Assembly (NCBI GenBank): GCA_030141605.1
Contig: JAQGDQ010000070.1
Coordinates: 496,001 to 560,000 of the forward strand
Reading direction: 5' to 3'
Source of the DNA: Tubiluchus corallicola
Lineage: Eukaryota > Animalia > Priapulida
DNA length: 64,000 nucleotides
Positions 27,601 through 36,656 of this stretch are shown piece after piece (position 1 is the stretch's first letter; every line of letters starts with the position of its first letter). The notes beneath the pieces are model-generated. The model had not been told where the DNA came from, ran no database searches, and was given only the letters and a program-made list of their open reading frames with translations. The translations under genes were made by a program, and so were the position numbers.

Positions 27601-30538
27601 ATATGTTTAGAAGTATTGTCATCTTTTGCCATGATACATGATGACTTAAGATCGTGCAAACTTGTGCGCATTTTTTTTAAAGAAATTTGCTTATTTTATG
27701 GAGCTCTTCCAGGTGCCAATAAAGGCCAAACGTAACCAATACAAATGTCATTAATGCCAAATTTTGACTCTTTGTCACAATTTCAATTGTACTGATAGCA
27801 AATTTTTCTCTTTCGTTTGTTTAAACAGTCAAAGTTCTGCAAATCTTAATTAGTGAAACAACTAATCTTGGAAAACAACTCATTCTATATGCGACTGAAC
27901 TTAATACCATTTGCTACCATTTTATTCATGCTATCCGTACATTAGAAATAATACTGAAAAGTTATAATATCACTGGCCACTAGTGTCATTTATCTCTGAC
28001 GTATTTATACACAATTTAGGCAGTTTGTTTTGTATGCTGATTCTGCAGCCTTGCTTTCTGTGAGATGCAGGTTATCATACGTGTATTGTATTATGCTAAT
28101 CTTAAAAATCCTAATTACATATATGTTATCAAACTTAATTAAAAAATTATTGTATGCCCTTCTGCAAATTCCTACAGTCAAACTTCTTTATACTTTAGAA
28201 CGGAAAAAAATTAATTCTGTGCGAGTTAGGCATTATAACGAGGTGCATTAATACATACGTCTATGCAGATATAGATATTTCGTTTTGCCAAAAATATACG
28301 CATTAAATGAGGTTAGCTTTATAAGGGTGAGGGACATTATAATGAGGTTTGATTGAAATAGCACCAGTGCTTCTAAACAACACTGAAACAATACAGCTAA
28401 TTTATATTTTTTACAGGTACATCTCTGAAATTAGGAAATGTATCTGCCTTTATTTCTGTTTGTGTGATAGTTATTATAATCGTCGTCATGGTCATGGCAG
28501 TCATCATCAAAACATCGTTCAACAAACGTAAGCATAACACTAGCTCTACCTATTTGGCTCTTAAGTGTATGCAGTATGTCACACCTGTTTTGTGCAAAAA
28601 AATTATTCTTTTAGAATGTTTCTTGTCTCCAGAGGATTTAAAAATAAAAGAAATTGAAAGTAAAACAAAGAAAAATTCCCTTTTTACTATAAGTGAAAAG
28701 TAACTGGAACCAATTAATCTTTTTCATTTGCTAATGGCGGGTTCAGACTAGCAAGCTTTCTGTTGCAAATTTTCTTTTTGATTCATCAAACTTGCAAGTG
28801 TGATCTACTTTGTGGGTTACTATCGGTAAGAAATTGCAAACTCTATGACAGTTGCTGCAAGCTAATTTTTTGTCTAGATTGAATGCCTCGGCTGTCGCCA
28901 CTTCTCACAGCGAATAGAGACTTGAGTTTCAGTTTGCGCTTACTGTCTGAGCATAGGTTGCAGCAAGTTTTGGTCTCTAGTCTGAAGACGCACTGTAAGA
29001 GGCAATTTAGATAAAAGGTAAAATGAATCCAGTCTGTACTCATTGTTACTTAGGCAAGAAAAAGGAAAATAGCATAGAAAATGACATGTACGTTTGGTGT
29101 AATAACAAGTATACGTGTACATTTGCGTGATAATTGTACCCGCATGTATATTTTGTGCATAGCTACAACACTTTCTTAAGTATGACCACATAAATCGTGC
29201 TGAAGATGTGCAATATGTATGCAATATAACTGTTTTAACATATTGTTTTTATACTAATGTACATCAATAATTGTTATTATATGAAATGTACATGAATTAC
29301 TGATATTGCACTAAATATGCATAAATAATCATTATTACATCAAATATACACCTATACTGTTTACATCTTACTAACTCTATATGGTTGACTAGTGTGCCAA
29401 ATGAGTCAGGTAAGCCTGGGGAAAATAACATGACTCAGACCAGATGTCTGTACCATGGTTCAGGTCACTTGTCAAATTTCACCCTGATCTAAATGCTGCA
29501 TTTGTGTGGTCTAGTTACCTCAAAGTATTACGCTTAACTTATAATTGCTGTAATTCTTTATCTCATTTTAGAAGTTTATAAGTGACATTAAACCCATTTT
29601 AGAAGTTTATAAGTGACATTAAACCTCAATAGTTCAGTTCTTCACACGATAACTTTATTACAGTATGTTGAAATAGCAGAATGTTACAAACATTTTGATA
29701 GAAAACAGCTGTTTCGTGGATACTGTGCAAACCGCCAATTGGCGAATCAATTGATTTCGAGTTACTGACATTTGTATGTGAAATGATTTTTAATGTTTTG
29801 ACATCAATATATAGTTGTTATTAGAAATAGCACTTTAAGACTAACGCATTCTCTCGCCAAGTAACTCTCAAGAATGTTCAGACTAGGGAGCAAAACTTGC
29901 TGCGAACTGACACTCAAATCTCTATTCAATTTACTGTAAGAAACTTGCCAATTAACTCGACGACGCATTCACTACAATCAACTAGAAGCAATTATAAGAG
30001 TTTGCAATAACTTGCCGCCAGTAACTCGCAGGTCACACTTGCGAGTTTGCTGTCAGAGAGAAAACTCGCGACAGAAAACTCGCTAGTCTGAATGAGCCAT
30101 AAGATCCTATTATTGAGAGCACCAATTATGTTGTACAAGACATGCGTATTAACAAATGTGCGGTACTTTATTGTTTCAATGTAGTATTTTAGAGAATGAA
30201 TGCATGCCTTATAAGTGCAGCTTGGGAACCTCAGCCAAGCGGAGGTTGAGCAAGAGGCAGATGTACAGCTCTATAAAATGTAAGGTGCAGTTACCATTAA
30301 GATGATCATTTAAGTAACATGAACAAATCGCAAAAGTTTGAGCAGAGCCAAGGCTGGATGTGAAAAGAATAATTTCAAAAAAACGTAGTCTTATAAATGA
30401 TTTCTTATGTTACTAAAGGTGGCACTCGAAAACAGAGCGTGCATCCATCTATAAATCAATCTGTGCGTACTTCTGTTCCGGAGTTTATAGTTGTTCCTTC
30501 GGATGCCAACCCAAGAAAATCCTATATGTCGTTGTCAG
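16126..30538 (+). CDS. Multi-exon immunoglobulin-superfamily type I membrane receptor/adhesion protein (signal peptide, 5 Ig-like domains, TM, cytoplasmic tail; 3' end uncertain)
   Basis: Exons 16126-16177, 17926-18252, 18507-18647, 21433-21618, 22831-23109, 24835-25200, 26697-27086, 28417-28527, 30193-30279 and 30419-30538 all join via phase-1 GT-AG introns into one open frame with Ig motifs (C...W...DxxxYxC) and many N-glycosylation sequons. Confidence 0.85.
17680..17743. repeat. 32-bp tandem duplication
   Basis: gggatgcaaaaatgagcagaatttgtggcttt x2. Confidence 0.85.
17926..18252 (+). CDS. IgSF receptor exon: Ig domain 1
   Basis: ANFSCSV...VEW...DDDNVYTCKV; tacag acceptor, gtaagt donor. 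Confidence 0.88.
18507..18647 (+). CDS. IgSF receptor exon: first half of Ig domain 2 (C2-like)
   Basis: FVCTYGAAWPEPKLQWTF; ttgcag acceptor, gtaatt donor. Confidence 0.82.
19510..20253 (+). mobile_element. Non-autonomous Helitron in an IgSF intron
   Basis: 5' a|TCTATATATTAA; 3' hairpin cgcaaaa/ttttgcg about 10 nt before terminal CTAG|t; inserted between A and T with no TSD. Confidence 0.65.
21433..21618 (+). CDS. IgSF receptor exon: second half of Ig domain 2
   Basis: TVTSTLSFKF...HNGKLLSCTA; ttttcag acceptor, gtgagt donor. Not in the ORF track. Confidence 0.82.
22831..23109 (+). CDS. IgSF receptor exon: Ig domain 3
   Basis: LLCTFVCSPLPVGVVW...NDVGNYTCEV; ttctag acceptor, gtgagc donor. 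Confidence 0.87.
24412..24685 (+). mobile_element. tRNA-derived SINE (MetaSINE-like core) with (TTA)n tail
   Basis: tRNA-like head with A box (tggttgtggtagaatg) and B box (ggttcaattct), core cataccaaagacgtagaaaatggtaccac, and a (TTA)n tail at 24628-24685. Confidence 0.7.
24835..25200 (+). CDS. IgSF receptor exon: Ig domain 4 (no canonical cysteines)
   Basis: PVKKISW...LTLHIKDVSPDDIQEYTVQV; ttacag acceptor, gtgagt donor. Confidence 0.83.
25386..25560. mobile_element. Tc1/mariner (pogo-type) MITE, copy 1
   Basis: ta|cagtcaaacct ... aggtttgactg|ta; TA TSD. Confidence 0.8.
26697..27086 (+). CDS. IgSF receptor exon: membrane-proximal Ig domain 5 (Fasciclin-3-like motif)
   Basis: VEFCSAPP...W...CYVAKLDI...YVFLTTN; catcag acceptor, gtatgt donor. 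Confidence 0.83.
27430..27640. repeat. ~109-bp tandem duplication
   Basis: actatagaaatttctggttaaccgcacagtgtaccaaagaa...atgataca occurs twice, nearly identical. Confidence 0.9.
28175..28355. mobile_element. Tc1/mariner MITE, copy 2
   Basis: ta|cagtcaaactt ... gaggtttgattg; same family as the copy at 25386. Confidence 0.7.
28417..28527 (+). CDS. IgSF receptor exon: transmembrane helix
   Basis: SAFISVCVIVIIIVVMVMAVII followed by K; ttacag acceptor, gtaagc donor. Confidence 0.85.
28735..30099. mobile_element. Non-autonomous PIF/Harbinger element
   Basis: taa|tggcgggttcagactagcaagctttctgttgc ... gcgacagaaaactcgctagtctgaatgagcca|taa; long imperfect TIRs and TAA TSD. Confidence 0.75.
30193..30279 (+). 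CDS. IgSF receptor cytoplasmic exon
   Basis: QNECMPYKCSLGTSAKRRLSKRQMYSSIK; ttttag acceptor, gtaagg donor; phase 1 to 1. Confidence 0.6.
30419..30538 (+). CDS. IgSF receptor cytoplasmic exon
   Basis: GTRKQSVHPSINQSVRTSVPEFIVVPSDANPRKSYMSLS; cag|gtaaaa donor; phase 1 to 1. Confidence 0.6.
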
Positions 30539-32649
30539 GTAAAAGACGCGAATTATTACTTGTTTTTATCTTTTGTCTTCATATAACAGTCAATGCAAAA
30601 GCCAAGTCTGTCAGTAAATTGAGCCTATTTTAAAATTTTAGTAAAATGTATGCTTGCACAGCAAAAATGTTCAGAAATCGGCAGTAAACTGTTTTAGTTA
30701 TTTACATATCCTGAAGCTCTATTTTATGAGGATCATTTTGATACCAAATTCAGTTCTCTGTTTTATTTCTAACCTGAGATAATCCACGCTGAAGTTAAAG
30801 TGCAGGCTGCACACTGAAAAGCATAATCTTGAGGAAATCGCTGTTAAACCTAGCTATTGTTTTTTGTTGCACTTCTATAAAAAGACTTAGCAATCATACG
30901 AATGGGTGGTTGCTTCAAGAACACATTGAAGTTATGTTTAAATACCATCAATGGCTCTTCCAAAAGAAGATCTGGACTTGGCAACAGAAACAACCACAAA
31001 TTGATTGCTTCCACGAGCTACTATCGGATTTGAAAATACAAGTTTTTGATTAACGCAATACTATTTTTAGGCCTACTACTATTAGGCTGCTGTCAATATA
31101 AGTATTAGAAGTGGGTAAGGAGTTATAAAATTAAATTTTTAGTGTTTTCTAAACAATTTCTTGGTGTAAAAAACAAAAAATTGATATTTGACCCAATTTT
31201 TGATGCATTCTGCTTTGTGTAACATTGTTTAACTATACTCATTTGTGCACGGTTTTGGTTTCCAAACACACAAATGTTAGAAAGTTTCAGCAGTAAAACC
31301 GTGATAAGCACCTTGTGTAATTAGTAAAATCAAATCAAAGCCACGAGCACTTTAGGCTTTTGCGTGCTCATTTTGAAGGAAACACAGTGTCATCAGGTTA
31401 CTGTGCAATGTAAGCAGTTATTGTGCAGGTGCATCAGCAATCGTTTTTTTAACTTACAGAGCGATCTCTATTAACTGAATAATCCACCCGGCACCTACTA
31501 TATGCTCACAAGTATGTATGTATGTATACCTGGAAGTCAATGAAAATCTGTTAATATATGCTTACTTACTCATTTTAAGGTATAATCCTGTGGATTAAAG
31601 CTGTCTTACCACTTTAAATTAAAATTGGTCATAACTGATTCAATGATTAATTTTTACATAAGCACAGTTAAACACAAAGCTAGAATAACGGAACATCTGA
31701 GTGAAATGTAGAAATTTTGCAACGTTTACCTACACCATAGCTTGCCTTCACAGCATTCAGGCTGTCCAACAGGCACCAGTTTATATCATTTTTTCACATC
31801 TGGCAGCAGCGATGTTTGTTTGGCGGGAAATAAGAAATATTTAAATTTCTTTTGCATTTTTAAGCATGGCATTTTATGCCCGTATATTGTGTGGTGATTT
31901 CACTACGTTTAGTTGTATATTAAAATGCAATAAATGTTTGAGAATTAGTTTCTCTCCATAAAGTGCGTGCCTCTGGCCTTCTGCAAACTGAGTAGTAATG
32001 ACGATGCTATACATGTTCCTGTGTATCTGAAGTCCAACTGATCACATTCATAGCGTTACGTAAATGAATAGATTTTGTTATGTGTGCTCACACTTGGCAA
32101 GTACGTATGCATTTTATGTAGCAACTAACTTTCCATTGGTCAGTCTTGAACTAGTAGAGGAGATGCCACTCTACGTATCACCATCGGAGTGTGTAAGTTT
32201 CTTCGAACTCTGGGAATAATGCACTCAAATATAACTCTAACAAAGGCTCCTACAGGACTTTTGCATGGACACACACAAATGTGCATTTAAACTGGCTTCC
32301 TTCTCATATCACTTCCTATTCTCATATTTATCATTATCATAGTTGTTTTCTTTGGTACACTATTTGGTATGTTCTGTTTAAATATAAAGCAGATCAATTA
32401 AGTTGTTGCTACCATTAACTGCTACGTACATTGCTATTGTTGGTCTTCAGCCATAAACAGAATGTCTCAAGTCGCCCTTAAAAGTATAAAACTTGATGAC
32501 CGTCTTAAAAGGTAATTAGCCAATCAGGAGGCTAAACCCAATAACTCCAGCTGAATGACCTTGACACAGGACTTTGCCTGCATTCTAGTTTTTAATTGTG
32601 TGTCAGTGCATCAGTGGAGAGCTAATTTAAAATTTCCTTTTTTTATCAG

Positions 32650-35647
32650 AAATGTCGAGAGACAGTCTGAAGATAGATCCGTCAGCATTTCTTTACCAAA
32701 ATGCAGAATCAGCGAAGGGTGATTTCTTGAGTGATGCCAAATCTGGTTTACCATGGAACTTTCTGCAACTAGAGGAGCCATCAGAAAGTGATATAAGTAC
32801 TTTGAAAGCAAAAGAATCGGTACAAACAGATAGTTCTTCCTCAAAGAGTATTTCAACTAACACAGAATCTTCGCAAAGTGGTGACTCTTCCTCTGACAGT
32901 ATTTCGAAAGAAAAAGAGTCAGTACAGAGTGATGATTCTTCCTCGAAGAGTACTTTAAAAGAGCAAGACTCAATAAAATGTGATGGCTCTTCTTCAAAGA
33001 GTTCTTCAAAGGACAAAGAATTAGTCCAAAATGATAGCTCTTCCTCAAAAAGTGTTTCTGAAGAAAAACAATCAGTACAAAGTGAAGGCTCTCCCTCAAA
33101 GAGTACTTCGAAAGAAGAAGAGTTAAAATGGCGTGATGACTCTTCCTCAAAAAGTACTTCGAAAGAAAAAAAATTAGCACAAGATCATGGCTCTTCCACA
33201 AAGAGTACTTCGAAAGAAAGAGAATTACTACAAAAAGGTGGCTCTTCCATAAAAAGCAGTTCAAAAGAAAAAAAATTGGTACGAAGTGAGGACCCTTCCA
33301 CAAAGAATACTTCGAAAGAAAGAGAATTAGTACAAAAAGGTGGCTCTTCCATAAAAAGCAGTTCAAAAGAAAAAAAACTGGTACAAAGTGATGACCCTTC
33401 CACAAAGAATACTTCGAAAGAAAGAGAATTAGTACAAAAAGGTGGCTCTTCCATAAAAAGCAGTTTAAAAGAAAAAAAATTGGTACGAAGTGAGGACCCT
33501 TCCACACAGAATACTTCAAAAGAGAAAAAATTGGTACGAAGTAATGACCCTTCAGCAAAGAGTACTTCAAAAGAAAAAAAACTGGTACAAAGTGATGAGC
33601 CTTCCACAAAGAATACTTCGAAAGAAAGAGAATTGGTACAAAAAGGTGGCTCTTCCATAAAAAGCAGTTCAAAAGAAAAAAAATTGGTACGAAGTGATGT
33701 CCCTTCCACAAAGAACACTTCAAAAGAAAACAAATTGGTACGAAGTGATGTCCCTTCCACAAAGAGTACTTCAAAAGAAGAAAAACTGGTACAAAGTGAT
33801 GACCTTTCCACAAAGAATACTTCGAAAGAAAGAGAATTAGTACAAAAAGGTGGCTCTTCCATAAAAAGCAGTTCAAAAGAAAAAAAATTGGTACGAAGTG
33901 ATGTCCCTTCCACAAAGAACACTTCAAAAGAAAAAAAATTGGTACAAAGTGATGAACCTTCTACAAAGAGTATTACAAAAGGAAAAAATTTGGTACGAAA
34001 TGATGATTCTTCAGCAAAGAGTACTTCAAAAGAAAAAAATTTGGTACAAAGTGATGATCCTTCCACAAAGAGTACTTTAAAAGAAAAAAAACTGGTACAA
34101 AGTGATGAGCCTTCCACAAAGAATACTTCGAAAGAAAGAGAATTAGTACAAAAAGGTGGCTCTTCCATAAAAAGCAGTTCAAAAGAAAACAAATTGGTAC
34201 GAAGTGATGTCCCTTCCACAAAGAGTACTTCAAAAGAAAAAAAACTGGTACAAAGTGATGACCCTTCCACAAAGAATACTTCGAAAGAAAGAGAATTAGT
34301 ACAAAAAGGTGGCTCTTCCATAAAAAGCAGTTCAAAAGAAAAAAAATTGGTACGAAGTGATGAACCTTCTACAAAGAGTATTACAAAAGAAAAAAATTTG
34401 GTACGAAGTGATGATTCTTCAGCAAAGAGTACTTCAAAAGAAAAAAATTTGGTACAAAGTGATGATCCTTCCACAAAGAGTACTTCAAAAGAAAAAATAC
34501 TGGTACAAAGCGATGACCCTTCCACAGAGAGTACTTCAAAAGAGAAAAAATTGGTACGAAGTAATGACCCTTCAGCAAAGAGTACTTCAAAAGAAAAAAA
34601 ATTGGTACAAAGTGATGACCCTTCCACAAAGAATACTTCGAAAGAAAGAGAATTAGTACAAAAAGGTGGCTCTTCCATAAAAAGCAGTTCAAAAGAAAAA
34701 AAATTGGTACGAAGTGATGTCCCTTCCACAAAGAACACTTCAAAAGAAAAAAAAATGGTACAAAGTGATGAACCTTCTACAAAGAGTATTACAAAAGGAA
34801 AAAATTTGGTACGAAATGATGATTCTTCAGCAAAGAGTACTTCAAAAGAAAAAAATTTGGTACAAAGTGATGATCCTTCCACAAAGAGTACTTCAAAAGA
34901 AAAAATACTGGTACAAAGTGATGAGCCTTCCACAAAGAATACTTCGAAAGAAAGAGAATTAGTACAAAAAGGTGGCTCTTCCATAAAAAGCAGTTCAAAA
35001 GAAAACAAATTGGTACGAAGTGATGTCCCTTCCACAAAGAGTACTTCAAAAGAAAAAAAACTGGTACAAAGTGATGACCCTTCCACAAAGAATACTTCGA
35101 AAGAAAGAGAATTAGTACAAAAAGGTGGCTCTTCCATAAAAAGCAGTTCAAAAGAAAACAAATTGGTACGAAGTGATGTCCCTTCCACAAAGAACACTTC
35201 AAAAGAAAAAAAATTGGTACAAAGTGATGAACCTTCTACAAAGAGTATTACAAAAGAAAAAAATTTGGTACGAAGTGATGATTCTTCAGCAAAGAGTACT
35301 TCAAAAGAAAAAAATTTGGTACAAAGTGATGACCCTTTCACAAAGAACACTTCAAAAGAAAAAAAAATTGGTACAAAGTAAAAATGAACCTTCTACAAAG
35401 AGTTTTACAAAAGAAAAAAAATTGGTACGAAGTGATAATCCTTCAGCAAAGAGTACTTCAAAAGAAAAAAAAATGGTACAAAGTGATGACCCTCCCACAG
35501 AGAGTGCTTCGAAAGAAAAACATTCAGAACAAAAAGGCGATTCTTCCTCAAAGAGTACTTCAAAAAGAAAAAGAATTAGTACAGAGTAATGGAATTTCCT
35601 CAGAAGACTTAGTAAATTTTAAAAATGCTGAAGAACTTAAATTGTAA
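32650..35647 (+). CDS. Large exon encoding a Ser/Lys/Glu-rich protein of ~55 tandem 17-aa repeats (909-aa ORF to 35381, continuing to 35647 across two +1 A-run shifts)
   Basis: ORF 32652-35381; strong acceptor tttcctttttttatcag ending at 32649; 51-bp units such as KKLVRSDVPSTKNTSKE and RELVQKGGSSIKSSSKE; AATAAA at 35821. Confidence 0.75.
32790..35590 (+). repeat. 51-bp coding minisatellite with higher-order structure
   Basis: Unit ~aaaaaattggtacaaagtgatgacccttccacaaagagtacttcaaaagaa; a diagnostic variant recurs at 33975 and 34791 (816 bp = 16 units). Confidence 0.95.
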
Positions 35648-36482
35648 AATTATGTTTTGCATTAAAAATTTTTAATATAAGACAAGTTTATTTAACATAT
35701 CGTCTACATATGTATATATGTATATTTGAAACCTACATGCATAATCTAAATAAGAGTAAATACGATTTTTTATGTATATAAGTATTTTCCTTTATAACAA
35801 TTATGTATACAGTCTATTATAATAAATGTATGAAATTGATTCAGATCTGTAGATCAGTTTTGTTGAAAAACAAGCCCAGCACTCCATTGTGGAAATGATG
35901 AATATCCTATTGCATTCATGCCTTATGGAAATTTTACACAAAGTCATGTACCTTGCAGTTAATTTTATTTGAACAAACTAAATTGCATTTCCCATATGCT
36001 AGAAGACTTAATGTGAAGTCAGTCTTTTATATACAATAGTTCAACTGATTACAGAATGCACATGTCAGCAAACTAACTTTCAACTGCTATTAAATCAATG
36101 AAATGTGATCAAATTCACATTTACAAACACAGATCACCGAACTTGCGTAAAAATAATGATCTGCAATATATGCTAAAAACAAAAATTTAGGTTTGAAATT
36201 TAAGCTAAATGTTGAAGGTTTCCTTCAAAAAAATCATTTTTATGCCAGCAAACCAGTTTTAGTGCTTTGTTTTCGCTTTTGAATGTTTTCATTTATGTAA
36301 GCAGCTAAATCAAACAGCATTCATGGTACACTACAAATTTAACCGAATAAACTACCATACAAATGAATATCAACCTGTTACATGACTGAGTTGCTTTTAC
36401 ATGTGCACAAGACAAATTGTAAAACTATAGACCTTAGGCTTATATCCACATTACACAGAGTAAAAATTTATCCATATGTACA

Positions 36483-36656
36483 TCAACGACGCAGACGTAG
36501 AAAAAAGGCATGCTTGCATTGCTCGGAATCTGCCGGCAAATACTTGTCATAAAACTTGAGCAAAAATTCCTCTGACTTGAAGCCAAACTTCTGATAGAGC
36601 AGAAGGGCCGGATTCGTAACAGAAACGTGCAGCGTGATGTCTTTACCCATACAAGT
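36483..36656 (-). CDS. KAT14: KAT14 last exon (GNAT C-terminus)
   Basis: TCMGKDITLHVSVTNPALLLYQKFGFKSEEF...KHAFFLRLRR*. Confidence 0.95.
   Translation of the reverse strand, partial: TCMGKDITLHVSVTNPALLLYQKFGFKSEEFLLKFYDKYLPADSEQCKHAFFLRLRR

Noticed and set aside
32857-35350. 721-aa and 356-aa antisense ORFs and short alternative-frame ORFs
   Set aside because: By-products of a 51-bp unit lacking stops in some frames; they are confined to the array, whereas the + frame has a unique N-terminus and a strong acceptor.
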